Source: Candidatus Eiseniibacteriota bacterium
Lineage (GTDB): Bacteria; Eisenbacteria; RBG-16-71-46
Length of the DNA stretch: 64,000 nucleotides
Reading direction: 5' to 3'
Assembly: GCA_038231135.1 (NCBI GenBank)
Contig: JBBRLX010000012.1
Span: forward strand, 32,001 to 96,000
Part shown: piece by piece, positions 27,220 through 36,946 of the stretch
Numbering within the stretch: the stretch's first letter is position 1
Layout of the letters: each line of letters starts with the position of its first letter
Made by a program: the position numbers and the translations under genes
The notes under the pieces: model-generated
What the model saw: the letters and a program-made list of their open reading frames with translations, nothing else
The model's database searches: none
Told to the model about the DNA's origin: nothing

Positions 27220-27914
27220 TCTTTCGCGTCGGCACCAGCGGGTTCTCCTATCCCGAGTGGAAGGGCAGCTTCTATCCCGAGAAGATCAAGGCCGCCGACA
27301 TGCTGGCGTTCTACGCGCAGCGGTTCGACACCGTCGAGATCAACGCGTCGTTCTACCGCATGCCGACCGTCGCGACCGTTGAGGCATGGGCGTCGCAGGT
27401 GCCGCCGGAGTTCCGGTTCGTGATGAAGGCGTCGCGGCGCATCACCCACGACCGACGGTTGAACGAAGTCTCGGACACACTGACGTTCTTCCTCAACGTC
27501 GCGCTGGCGCTCGGCGAGCGGCGCGGGCCGCTGCTGTTCCAGCTCCCGCCCAACTTCAAGCAGGACCTGCCGCGGCTCGAGGCGTTCCTCGCGCTGCTGC
27601 CCGCTACCGTGCAGGCCGCGATGGAGTTCCGCCACGCGTCGTGGTTCGAGGACCCGGTGTTCGACGCGCTGCGCGCCCGCGGCGTGGCCCTGTGCATCGC
27701 CGACACCGAGGATGGCGTCGACGCGCCGTTCGTGGCCACGGCGCCCTGGGGGTATCTGCGGCTGCGCGACGTCGATTATTCGGACGAGCAACTCGCGGCG
27801 TTCATCGAACGCGCGCGGTCGCAGAACTGGTCGGAGGCGTTCGTGTTCTTCAAGCACGAGGATGCGGGCCGTGGGCCGCAGTTCGCGGAGCGGTTTGTGA
27901 AGCTGGCGGGGTAG
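27216..27914 (+). CDS. DUF72 (YecE-like) protein
   Basis: GTGA overlap; GTSGFSYPEWKGSFYP, TVEINASFYRMP, LFQLPPNF, EFRHASW, FFKHED. Confidence 0.9.
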   Translation: MIFRVGTSGFSYPEWKGSFYPEKIKAADMLAFYAQRFDTVEINASFYRMPTVATVEAWASQVPPEFRFVMKASRRITHDRRLNEVSDTLTFFLNVALALGERRGPLLFQLPPNFKQDLPRLEAFLALLPATVQAAMEFRHASWFEDPVFDALRARGVALCIADTEDGVDAPFVATAPWGYLRLRDVDYSDEQLAAFIERARSQNWSEAFVFFKHEDAGRGPQFAERFVKLAG

Positions 27915-28115
27915 AGGGGCCGGCGGCGCAAGGGTCCGATTCTTCGCTGGAGTGGAGCGCCGGTGTTTGTCCGCCCGAATGGCGGGCGTGTATCCTGTTC
28001 GTGAAATCGGACACGCTGCAGCGTATGTCGATCGGCTCTTCTATCGACGGCAACACGCGCGCCACATCAACAGATCAGGCACCTAATAGCCGTCGCACAC
28101 TGGAAAGGCTCGACC

Positions 28116-28931
28116 ATGGCTTTCGTTACCCGTCTCTTCAACGAGCCCTATCCCATTCGCAAGGCATGCCGCATCGCGATACGCAAATTGAATCTGGGCA
28201 GCTATGCGTTTCGTTACGGCATTGGCGCGATTGATCGGCCGCACTATGCCTATTTGGTCTGGCAGGCCGCTAAAATGGCGGCGGGCCTTGGGCTTCCACG
28301 CGTATCTATTCTGGAATTCGGCGTTGCCGGGGGCACGGGATTGCTTTCGCTGGAGTATCACGCGGAGCAGGTCGAGAAGCTATTCCCCGTCAAGATCGAG
28401 ATATATGGGTTCGACACTGGGGAAGGATTGCCGCCGCCGGACGACTATCGAGACCTGCCCTATCATTGGAAGGCGGGTTTCTTCAAGATGGATGTCCCGG
28501 CGCTGCAGGCGAGGCTCAGGCGATCAAAGCTCGTTCTGGGTAATGTCGCCGAGACCTTCGGATCGTTCTTCGAAAACTATGCTCCGGCGCCGATCGGCGC
28601 CGTTTCACAGGACCTTGATTTCTACTCCTCCACGGTTGCCGCCTTGAAGCTGTTTGACGCCGACCACAATCGTTTCCTTCCGCGTATTGCGTGTTATTTC
28701 GACGACACGGTCGGCAATGATATCGAGTTCTACAATGACTATACGGGTGAACGTCTGGCGATTCATGAATTCAACGCAACTCACGCCGACGCGAAGTTCT
28801 CCCCGGCATATTATCTACTGGCCGCGCCGAACATGTCGGTCTGGCATCACCAGATATGGTCGCTGCATTATTTTGACCACCCGCAATACAACACCTTTGT
28901 CAGCGACAAGGATCAACAGCTGGCCCTCTAG
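28116..28931 (+). CDS. TylF/MycF-like SAM-dependent methyltransferase-fold protein
   Basis: LEFGVAGG, YGFDTGEGLP, DLDFYSST, YFDD, GERLAIHEFN; visibly lower GC than the flanks. Confidence 0.7.
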   Translation: MAFVTRLFNEPYPIRKACRIAIRKLNLGSYAFRYGIGAIDRPHYAYLVWQAAKMAAGLGLPRVSILEFGVAGGTGLLSLEYHAEQVEKLFPVKIEIYGFDTGEGLPPPDDYRDLPYHWKAGFFKMDVPALQARLRRSKLVLGNVAETFGSFFENYAPAPIGAVSQDLDFYSSTVAALKLFDADHNRFLPRIACYFDDTVGNDIEFYNDYTGERLAIHEFNATHADAKFSPAYYLLAAPNMSVWHHQIWSLHYFDHPQYNTFVSDKDQQLAL

Positions 28932-28966
28932 CGCAACAGCGGCTGCGGGAGTGGGCGCCCCGGCGC

Positions 28967-29761
28967 TCAAGGCTTCTGCGCCGCTCCGCCCGGTCGAAAT
29001 ATCTGCGCCGCCTCCGCCGCGCCCATGTCCTCCGCGGCATAATACGCCGCCGCCGCCTCGCGCATGCCGGCGCGGGTGTAGGCGTCGGCCCGCGGATGTT
29101 CGATGACGTCCCAGATCACCGCGGCCACCTCCTCGACGGGCTGGGCCGAGGGGAATGCGCGCGAATCGGGGCCGCCGCCGAGCGCGTTCACGCCGAACTC
29201 GGTCGCGACGACGCCCGGCGACACTGTCGACACGTGAATGTTCGGGAACTCCTCCCGCAATTCCATGCGCAGGCTCGCGGTCAGTGCGTTGAGCGCGTGC
29301 TTGGCGGCGCTGTAGGCCGAGCGTGGTGGGAACAGCGGAATGCGGCCCAGCATCGAGGAGATATTGATGATGTGGCCGTGGCCGCGCTCCTTGAAGTGCG
29401 GCAGCACCGCCTGCATGCCGTAGAGCGCCGACTTCACGTTGACGAGCATCATCTCGTCGAAGTCGCGATCAGTGAGCTGGGACACGGCCCGGGTGATGCC
29501 GCGGCCCGCGTTATTCACCCACACGTCCACATGGCCGAACCGCGATCGGGCGGCATTCAGCACGTGTTCGACGTCGGCGCGAACCGTGACGTCGGCCACC
29601 ACCGCCAGCGCCTCGGCGCCACAGCGCGCCGCCGCCTCCTGCAGCTCGGGTTCGCGCCGTGCCGCGAGCACGACCTGGGCGCCGTGTGCCGCGGCGAGGC
29701 GGGCAAACGCCGCACCGATGCCGCTGCTGGCGCCGGTGATCACCACCACTCGCTCGCTCAT
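28967..29761 (-). CDS. Short-chain dehydrogenase/reductase
   Basis: ITGASSGIG, NNAG, NISS, YSAAK. Confidence 0.93.
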   Translation of the reverse strand: MSERVVVITGASSGIGAAFARLAAAHGAQVVLAARREPELQEAAARCGAEALAVVADVTVRADVEHVLNAARSRFGHVDVWVNNAGRGITRAVSQLTDRDFDEMMLVNVKSALYGMQAVLPHFKERGHGHIINISSMLGRIPLFPPRSAYSAAKHALNALTASLRMELREEFPNIHVSTVSPGVVATEFGVNALGGGPDSRAFPSAQPVEEVAAVIWDVIEHPRADAYTRAGMREAAAAYYAAEDMGAAEAAQIFRPGGAAQKP

Positions 29762-29850
29762 GAGCGGAGACTAACGTATCGCCTGCGGCGCCGCGACAGG
29801 ATTGCGGTATGGTCGCCTGTGGAACGTCCCGGGAATCGACGGAGGAGCCA

Positions 29851-30978
29851 ATGATTCGAGCGGCCATGCGCGGACTGCTGCTGCTGTGCCTCGTGTCGCA
29901 TGCGGGATTCGCCGTCTCCACAAGCCACGCCGCGAAGCTCCCGCCCCCGCCGGCCCGCGGCGCCCAACGGGGCACCGCGGCGCGGGAGGGCGATTTCGTC
30001 ATTCCCAACTTCCGATTCGACTCGGGCGAGTCGCTGCCCGAGCTGCGTGTGCATTACCTAACGCTCGGGCAGCCGGCCCGCGACGCGCGCAACAGGATCA
30101 CGAACGCCGTGCTGATCCTGCATGGCACCGGCGGCACCGGGCGGCAGTTCATGTCGCCGCTGTTCGCGAACGTGCTGTATGGCGAGGGGGCGCTGCTCGA
30201 CACCACGCGCTACTACGTCATCCTGCCCGACGGCATCGGGCACGGCCGCTCGAGCAAGCCGAGCGACGGGCTGCGCGCAAAATTCCCGCATTACAACTAC
30301 GACGACATGGTCGCCGCGCAATACCGGCTCGTCACCGAGTATCTCGGCGTCCGACATCTGCGACTGGTGATGGGCACATCGATGGGTGGCATGCAGACGT
30401 GGGTGTGGGGCGAATCGCATCCGGACGCCATGGACGCTCTGATGCCGCTCGCGTGCCAGCCGGTGCGAATCGCCGGCCGCAACCGGCTGTGGCGCGAGAT
30501 GGTGAAGGACGCGATTCGCAGCGATCCCGCCTGGCAGGGCGGGGACTACACGGCGGAGCCCATGGACGGTCTGCGCGCCGCCGCCGATCTGCTCATCATC
30601 GCGGGCAGCGCGCCGCTGCGGATGCAGAAGGCGCTGGCGAACGCCGACAGCGTCGGGATCTGGCTCACGAACACGCTGGCCACCCGGTTGACGACGTACG
30701 ACGCGAACGACCTGATCTATCAGGTCGACGCGTCCCGCGACTACGACCCGTCGCCGAAGCTCGAGTCGATCACGGCGCCGGTGATGTTCGTGAACTCCGC
30801 GGACGATTTCATCAACCCGCCCGAGCTCGGCAACGCCGAGCGCGAGATCCAGCGCGTGAAGCACGGGAAGTTCGTGCTGATCCCGATCGGTGAGAATACG
30901 CGGGGTCACGGCACCCACACCGCGGCCGCGGTGTGGAGCAATTATCTGGATGAATTGCTGAAGGAATCCACGCACTGA
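29851..30978 (+). CDS. Secreted alpha/beta hydrolase of the homoserine O-acetyltransferase (MetX)-like fold
   Basis: GGAGG RBS; signal peptide; FDSGESL, LHGTGG, GTSMGGM, DANDLIY, NSADD, GHGTH. Confidence 0.85.
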   Translation: MIRAAMRGLLLLCLVSHAGFAVSTSHAAKLPPPPARGAQRGTAAREGDFVIPNFRFDSGESLPELRVHYLTLGQPARDARNRITNAVLILHGTGGTGRQFMSPLFANVLYGEGALLDTTRYYVILPDGIGHGRSSKPSDGLRAKFPHYNYDDMVAAQYRLVTEYLGVRHLRLVMGTSMGGMQTWVWGESHPDAMDALMPLACQPVRIAGRNRLWREMVKDAIRSDPAWQGGDYTAEPMDGLRAAADLLIIAGSAPLRMQKALANADSVGIWLTNTLATRLTTYDANDLIYQVDASRDYDPSPKLESITAPVMFVNSADDFINPPELGNAEREIQRVKHGKFVLIPIGENTRGHGTHTAAAVWSNYLDELLKESTH

Positions 30979-31044
30979 CAGGCATGACCGCGCGGAGTCT
31001 GCGCGGAATCGGATGACGCGATGACACAGGAGGCCGACGTGCCG

Positions 31045-31602
31045 ATGACGGTGGCGGACGCCCAGCGCGAAGTGCGGACGGTGTATCTCGGAGGCTTTCC
31101 CGGTCAGATCGTTTCGGGGCTGCTGTGGCTGGGATCGGCCGCGCTCGGCACGTGGAGTTCGCCGCGTCAGGCGATCCTGCTGCTCGTGATCGGTGGTGTG
31201 TTCATCTTTCCGCTCACGATGCTGATGCTCCGGCTGATGGGCCGCCGGGCCACGCTGAGTTCCGGCAATCCGCTCAACGGGCTCGCCATGCAGGTCGCGT
31301 TCACGGTGCCCATGAGCCTGCCGCTGGTCGGCGCCGCCACGCTGCACCATCTTACGTGGTTCTACCCGGCGCTCATGATCGTGGTGGGCGCCCATTACCT
31401 GCCGTTCATGTTCCTCTACGGCATGTGGACGTTCGCTCCGCTGTGCGCCCTGCTGGTGGCCGGTGGGTTCGTCATCGGCACGTCCGCCCAGCCGTTCACG
31501 CTGGGAGGCTGGGTCACCGGCGCGCTGCTGCTGGTGTTTGCCGTGCTTGGCCTGGTGCTGGCGCGGCGGGAGGACACTCCGGTTCGGGCACCCGCACGTT
31601 GA
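31045..31602 (+). CDS. Small multi-pass membrane protein (DUF7010-like)
   Basis: AGGAGG RBS before ATG 31045; ~6 TM helices; NPLNGL, VGAHYLPFMFLYG. Confidence 0.7.
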   Translation: MTVADAQREVRTVYLGGFPGQIVSGLLWLGSAALGTWSSPRQAILLLVIGGVFIFPLTMLMLRLMGRRATLSSGNPLNGLAMQVAFTVPMSLPLVGAATLHHLTWFYPALMIVVGAHYLPFMFLYGMWTFAPLCALLVAGGFVIGTSAQPFTLGGWVTGALLLVFAVLGLVLARREDTPVRAPAR

Positions 31603-31800
31603 GCGTTCGGCATCGACCGATGTCGAAACTCCCGGTCAATGTACCTTCTGCAGAGACGGGGATTGGAGATTCAGGAACGGAATCTCCCGTTTCAAAGGGG
31701 TTTCGGGTCGCGAGTCGAATCGTCCTTCTAGCACGATACTTGCGAGATCGAAGTGCCCAACGGACCCTTCCAGATCCCCCCGACGCGGAGAACGTTTGTC

Positions 31801-32223
31801 ATGATGAGACTCAAGAAGTGGCATGGCCTGCTCGTGGTGGTTGTCAGTCTCGCGGTGTTCGGTTGTGCCGCGGGCACCATGCAGATGGGCAGCAACTCGG
31901 AGATTCCCGGCGCCGCCGGGGCCGCGAAGCTGCACCGCACCAAGAACGGCAATACCCAGATCACGCTGAGCGTGAAGCACCTCGCGCCGCCCGACAAGGT
32001 TACGACCGGGACTTCGGTGTACGTCGTGTGGGTGCAGGGTCTCGAGTCCGGCGCCCAGGCACAGAACATGGGTGCCCTGCGGGTGAACGACAACCTGACC
32101 GGCACCATGGAGGCCGTGACACCCCTCCACGGCTTCGAGCTGTTCCTCACCGCGGAGGCGGCGCAGACCGTCACCTATCCGTCCGGCAATCATCTGCTGC
32201 CTCTGCACTACTCGGGGTCGTGA
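31801..32223 (+). CDS. Lipoprotein with RskA-C-like domain
   Basis: MMRLKK followed by a hydrophobic stretch and lipobox VFGC; YVVWVQ...NMGAL...FELFLTAE...PSG. Confidence 0.7.
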   Translation: MMRLKKWHGLLVVVVSLAVFGCAAGTMQMGSNSEIPGAAGAAKLHRTKNGNTQITLSVKHLAPPDKVTTGTSVYVVWVQGLESGAQAQNMGALRVNDNLTGTMEAVTPLHGFELFLTAEAAQTVTYPSGNHLLPLHYSGS

Positions 32224-32259
32224 GGCAGGCCGCACGTCGGGTCGTTCCGCGTTTCATCT

Positions 32260-32302
32260 CGATCCCCTTGCCTGAGCGCACCGGCGAGGGGATCGTTTCT
32301 TG
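32260..32302 (+). terminator. Intrinsic terminator between the convergent lipoprotein and ligD genes
   Basis: CGATCCCCTTGCC...GGCGAGGGGATCG stem followed by TTTCTT. Confidence 0.6.
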
Positions 32303-32351
32303 AAGTCGCGACGTCGCCAGCAGTGTCCCATTCTGAAACGACCGGCCCAGC

Positions 32352-35141
32352 CTACTCCGCTGCCCGCGCCGCCAACCGCTTGAGCGCCTCGTCCATCCGG
32401 ATCCCCTCGCCGAGGACGGCGGTCAGGGGATCGTCCATTCCGGCGAAGCGCTCGAGCACGGTGCGGATATTGAATCGCGCGGGCACGAGCCCCGGTGCGA
32501 CCTCGTCCCACAGCAGCGGGCACGACACGGTCGCCCCGGGCAGCGCGCGCACGCAGAACGGCGACACGATCGACTGGCCGTGGCCGTTCTGGCCGAAGTC
32601 GACGTACACCTTGCCGCCGCGGCCCTGGATGTGGCGCACGATGGTCGAGATCTTCGGCAGCCGCTGCACCACCAGTGTGGCGATCAGCTTCGCGAACGCG
32701 CGTGAGTGCTCGTAGGAGTACCTGGCGCCGAGCGGGATCAGGATGTGCAGGCCGCTCGCGCCCGATGTCTTCGGATGCCCCGGGATCTCGAGTTCGTCGA
32801 GGATGCCCTTGAGCGTGCGTGCCACCTCGATCACGTCCGCGAACGGCGCGCCCTTGGGGTCGAGATCCAGGATCGACCAGTCGGGCCGATCGATCGCGCC
32901 GAGCCGCGAACTCCACATGTGAATCGGGATCGTGCCCAGGTTCGCGAGATAGCGCAGCGTGTCGGTGTCGTTCACGATGAAGAACCGGTTCGAGACGCTG
33001 CCGTCGCTCGATGGCACCATCTCGGTATGCACCCAGTCGGGCGTGAACACCGGCGCGTCCTTCTGGTAGAACGACTTCCCGGTGATGCCGTCGGGATAGC
33101 GCGTGAGGAACACCGGCCGGTCGCGCAGGTAGGTGAGGATGCGCGGCGCGATCGCCTCGTAGTAGCCGATCAGGTCGGACTTGGTATAGCCGTCGGCGGG
33201 CCAGAAGACCTTCTTCGGATTCGTGATCGGGACCCGCTCGGTGTGCGCCGGGCGCTCGCGGACCTTCGGCGCGGGAACCGCGGTATCAGCGTCGCCATCG
33301 TATGTGGCGTCCGTGGATCCGGCGCCGGACGTGGGGTCCGCGACCGCCGCGTCCTCGCGCACCACGTCCTCGGGCTTGCGATCGTCGCGCAGCCCCATGA
33401 ACGTCGGATGCCGCAGCCCGCCCTCGTGAGTCCACTCCGTATAGCGCACCTCGCACACCAGCCGCGGCTCGACCCAGTGATGTCCTTTGCCCTTGGGCGA
33501 GCGCCTCGCGAACGGCGATGCGTCGCGCGCCAGCGGCTCGAGCCGCTGCCAGAGCGCCTCGATGCCGCGCGCGTCGAAACCGGTGCCGACGGCGGTGACA
33601 TACACGAGCTGGCGGACGGGCGCGGTTTCATACACACCCACGTGCAGCGCGCCGAACCGGCCGCGCGAACCCTGCGGGTCGGTCCAGCCGCCGATCACGA
33701 ATTCCTGGCGGCGCTGGCACTTGAGCTTGATCCAGTCGCGGGACCGCGCGCTCACGTACGGGCTCGCCGCCCGCTTCGCGACGATGCCCTCGAGCCGCAT
33801 GGCGTCCGCCGCCGCGAAGAACTTGAGACCGTGCTTCGCGACGTGATCGCCATAGCGCACCGTGCCCAGCGTCGGCAGGATCGCGCGCAGGCAGTCCTTG
33901 CGATCCGTCAGCGCCAGCCGGCGCAGGTCGTGCCCGAACAGCGACACGCAGTCGAAGAACATCGCCACCACCGGCGACGCGGCGCGCGCGCGCGCGATGT
34001 CGTGCTGATTCACAAGGTGCATGCGGTGCTGCAGCTGCTGGAAGCTGGGCTGGCCGGTCGCGTCGGGCGCCACGATCTCGCCGTCGAGCACGAACGCGTC
34101 GTACGGCAGGCCCTTCAGCGCCTCGACGACCTCCGGGTAGCGGCCCGTCACGTCGGTGCCGCTGCGCGCGAACAGCGTCACACGGGCCCCGGCGCGTTCG
34201 GCGATCACGCGCACGCCGTCGTACTTGATCTCGAAGATCCAGCCGTCGCGGTCGAACGGTTCCGTTTCGAGCGTGGCCAGCATTGGCGACAGCTTCTTCA
34301 CGTCGATCGCCGCCACCGGCGCGCCGAGCGCCTCGACCCGTGTACGGACCTTCGCCACGTGGCCGGGCAGATCCGCCATCTCCTCCACGGTGACCCCGGT
34401 CACCACCGATTGCGGATAGCGGTCGACCAGCTCCACGTCCGACGCGCCCGCGCCGGCCTTCTTGAGCAACAGCCACTCCTTGTCCTTATTGCCCATGCGG
34501 ACGAGCGTCCAGCGGCCGCGCAGCTTGGTGCCGAACAGCTCCAGCTCGAGCTTGCCGCGTTGATATTGTTCGAGCAGTGGCTCGGGTTTGAACGACCGGT
34601 ACCAGCCGCGATCCCAGATGATCACGCTGCCCGCTCCGTAATTGCCGGCGGGGATCGTGCCTTCGAAGCTGCCGTATTCCAGTGGATGGTCCTCGACGTG
34701 CACCGCGAGGCGTTTCTCCTCGACATGGGTCGACGGCCCCTTCGGCACCGCCCAGCTCTTGAGCGTGCCATCGAGCTCGAGCCGCAGGTCGTAGTGGAGG
34801 TGCGTGGCGGCGTGCTTGTGGACGAGGAACGTCAGCCGTCCGGCGTGGCGCTGGCCGGGAGCGGCGGCGGATTCGCCGCCGAACGGCTCGGGAGTGCTGC
34901 CGGGATCGCGCTTGAGCCGGTACGCTTCGAGGTTGGAAGTCACTGTGGAATCGTCAACTGATTCCACTGGCGGTTTGGCCCGTTTCGCCGGCGCGCGCTT
35001 GCCGGCCGCCGGAACACGATCCGGCACCGGTCCTGCCCCCGGCCGGGCTTTGGGTTCGGTGTCCGCCTTCGGTTTGCGTGCGCCCATGGTGCTCCCTGAC
35101 AACGGGGTGACGGCCCCGGCCCGCAACACGTTTCGCGCCAT
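32352..35141 (-). CDS. ligD: DNA ligase D (phosphoesterase, ATP-dependent ligase and polymerase domains)
   Basis: TPEP, HAATHLHYDLRLE, KSWAVPKGPS, EDHPLEY; EIKYDG, LDGEIV, EGIVAK, WIKLK; RYPDGI, DLDP, KTSGASGLH. Start may be ATG 35087. Confidence 0.97.
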   Translation of the reverse strand: MARNVLRAGAVTPLSGSTMGARKPKADTEPKARPGAGPVPDRVPAAGKRAPAKRAKPPVESVDDSTVTSNLEAYRLKRDPGSTPEPFGGESAAAPGQRHAGRLTFLVHKHAATHLHYDLRLELDGTLKSWAVPKGPSTHVEEKRLAVHVEDHPLEYGSFEGTIPAGNYGAGSVIIWDRGWYRSFKPEPLLEQYQRGKLELELFGTKLRGRWTLVRMGNKDKEWLLLKKAGAGASDVELVDRYPQSVVTGVTVEEMADLPGHVAKVRTRVEALGAPVAAIDVKKLSPMLATLETEPFDRDGWIFEIKYDGVRVIAERAGARVTLFARSGTDVTGRYPEVVEALKGLPYDAFVLDGEIVAPDATGQPSFQQLQHRMHLVNQHDIARARAASPVVAMFFDCVSLFGHDLRRLALTDRKDCLRAILPTLGTVRYGDHVAKHGLKFFAAADAMRLEGIVAKRAASPYVSARSRDWIKLKCQRRQEFVIGGWTDPQGSRGRFGALHVGVYETAPVRQLVYVTAVGTGFDARGIEALWQRLEPLARDASPFARRSPKGKGHHWVEPRLVCEVRYTEWTHEGGLRHPTFMGLRDDRKPEDVVREDAAVADPTSGAGSTDATYDGDADTAVPAPKVRERPAHTERVPITNPKKVFWPADGYTKSDLIGYYEAIAPRILTYLRDRPVFLTRYPDGITGKSFYQKDAPVFTPDWVHTEMVPSSDGSVSNRFFIVNDTDTLRYLANLGTIPIHMWSSRLGAIDRPDWSILDLDPKGAPFADVIEVARTLKGILDELEIPGHPKTSGASGLHILIPLGARYSYEHSRAFAKLIATLVVQRLPKISTIVRHIQGRGGKVYVDFGQNGHGQSIVSPFCVRALPGATVSCPLLWDEVAPGLVPARFNIRTVLERFAGMDDPLTAVLGEGIRMDEALKRLAARAAE

Positions 35142-35212
35142 AGGCTAGCACGCGGCGGGCGTGGGGCGTGTGATAGGCTCATGCCTCGTTCGGCCACCTG
35201 GAGGATTCACCA

Positions 35213-36085
35213 ATGCCGCCTCATTCCATGGGCTCGGGCACGATCTCGTTCGGGCTCGTATCGATTCCGGTGCGCATGTATACGGCCGCCAGCGGCACCG
35301 GCGTGTCGTTCAACCTGCTCCACGAGAAGTGCGGCAGCCGGATCAAGCAGCAGCAAACCTGCCCGGTGTGCAACGAGGTCGTCGATCGCACCCATCTGGT
35401 CAAGGGCTTCGAATTCGCCAAGGACCAGTACGTGCGGTTCACGGAGGAAGAGCTGAAGCAGCTCGAGCAGGAGAACTCGAAGCTGATCGAGATCGAGGAA
35501 TTCGTCCCGCTCGACAAGGTCGATCCGATCTACTTCGAGAAGACCTATTACCTGGGCCCGGACAGCGGTGGCGAGAAGCCGTACCGCCTGCTCACCGACG
35601 CCATGAGCAAGACGAATCGCGTCGCGCTCGCGAAGTTCGTGATGCGCGGCAAGGAGAACCTGGTGCTGATCCGCGCGGCGCAGGGCGGCCTGATGCTGCA
35701 CGGCATGTATTTCGCCGACGAGGTGCGCGACTTCAGCGAGGTCGACAAGGGTGAATCGGCCAAGCTCAAGGCCGGCGAGCTGGAGCTGGCGGAACGGCTG
35801 ATCAAGGAACTCGCGAACGACAAGTTCCAGCCCGAGAAGTATCATGACGAGTATCGCGGGAAGGTGCTCGAGGTCGTGAACATGAAGGTCGAGGGCAAGG
35901 AGATCACCACCGCCGCGCCGCAGTCCGAGCGCGCGCAGGTGATCGACCTGATGGACGCGCTGAAGCAAAGTCTCGAGGAACGCGGCGCGAGCGACAAGGG
36001 CACGAAACCCGCGCGCAAGCCGGCCGCCAAGGCCACGCGCGTGGTGGAAGCGGCGCCGAAGAAGAAGACCGCATCGAAGCGGTGA
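35213..36085 (+). CDS. ku: Ku protein (NHEJ)
   Basis: GTISFGLVSIPV, LVKGFE, IEIEEFV, YFEKTYYLGP, VIDLMDALKQSL and a basic tail; GGAGG RBS. Confidence 0.97.
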   Translation: MPPHSMGSGTISFGLVSIPVRMYTAASGTGVSFNLLHEKCGSRIKQQQTCPVCNEVVDRTHLVKGFEFAKDQYVRFTEEELKQLEQENSKLIEIEEFVPLDKVDPIYFEKTYYLGPDSGGEKPYRLLTDAMSKTNRVALAKFVMRGKENLVLIRAAQGGLMLHGMYFADEVRDFSEVDKGESAKLKAGELELAERLIKELANDKFQPEKYHDEYRGKVLEVVNMKVEGKEITTAAPQSERAQVIDLMDALKQSLEERGASDKGTKPARKPAAKATRVVEAAPKKKTASKR

Positions 36086-36092
36086 TCGCAGG

Positions 36093-36863
36093 ATGACACC
36101 CGCGAGCGCCGGCAAGGGAAGCAGGACCATGGACGGAGACATCACCAGCCGCCGCGCGGCCCGCAGGGTCGCGAACCGGCAGGCACGGGAACAGGCGGAG
36201 CGGGACGCGCGCCAGATGACGCTCGATTTCGCCGCGCCCGACGGCGCCGGGTTCCAGGACGACGCGGCCGGGATCGAAGTCGCGCGGCCGGCACGCGGCG
36301 CCAATGTGCTCGATGGCACCGGCGTGTTCGCGCGCGCTGCTGAAGAGCGCGCCCGGGCCGCCACGGCGCGCGCCCGGACGCACGGCGAGCCGGCCGGCGC
36401 GGCTGCGGTCGGCCGCCCGACCCCGGAGCTGCCCGACACCGGCACCGCCGACCAGTGGTTCGAGATCGCCTGCGAGCTCGAAGCCGAATCGCCGGTCGAG
36501 GCGCGCCGCGCGTATCACCGGGCGCTCGAGCTGTTCCCGAAGATGGCGGAGGCGCACATCAACCTCGGCCGCTCGTACCACGAGGCGAAGCAGTGGGACG
36601 AGGCGGAGGCGCATTACCGCACGGCTGCCGAATGCGATCCCGAAGATCCCATCGTGTGGTTCAACCTCGGCGTGCTGCTCGAAGACCGCGGCCGCTCGCA
36701 CGAGGCGATCATCGCCTATCGCCACGCGATCCAGCGCGACTTAGGCTACGGCGATGCCCACTACAATCTCGGGCTGCTGCTCGACACGCTGGGCCGGCGC
36801 TCCGAAGCGATCACGCACCTGATGCGCGCCCGCGAGATCACCGGGAGCGACGCCCAGGGCTGA
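36093..36863 (+). CDS. Tetratricopeptide repeat protein
   Basis: AYHRALEL, AHINLG, VWFNLGVLLED, DAHYNLG. Start may be ATG 36129. Confidence 0.85.
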   Translation: MTPASAGKGSRTMDGDITSRRAARRVANRQAREQAERDARQMTLDFAAPDGAGFQDDAAGIEVARPARGANVLDGTGVFARAAEERARAATARARTHGEPAGAAAVGRPTPELPDTGTADQWFEIACELEAESPVEARRAYHRALELFPKMAEAHINLGRSYHEAKQWDEAEAHYRTAAECDPEDPIVWFNLGVLLEDRGRSHEAIIAYRHAIQRDLGYGDAHYNLGLLLDTLGRRSEAITHLMRAREITGSDAQG

Positions 36864-36946
36864 CCGGGGCGTCCGCCGCACCCTCCACTGAGTGGTGACC
36901 TCTCAGGGCGTTCGAGGCGTTGGAGGAGGGGTCAGTGCGATGTCGT

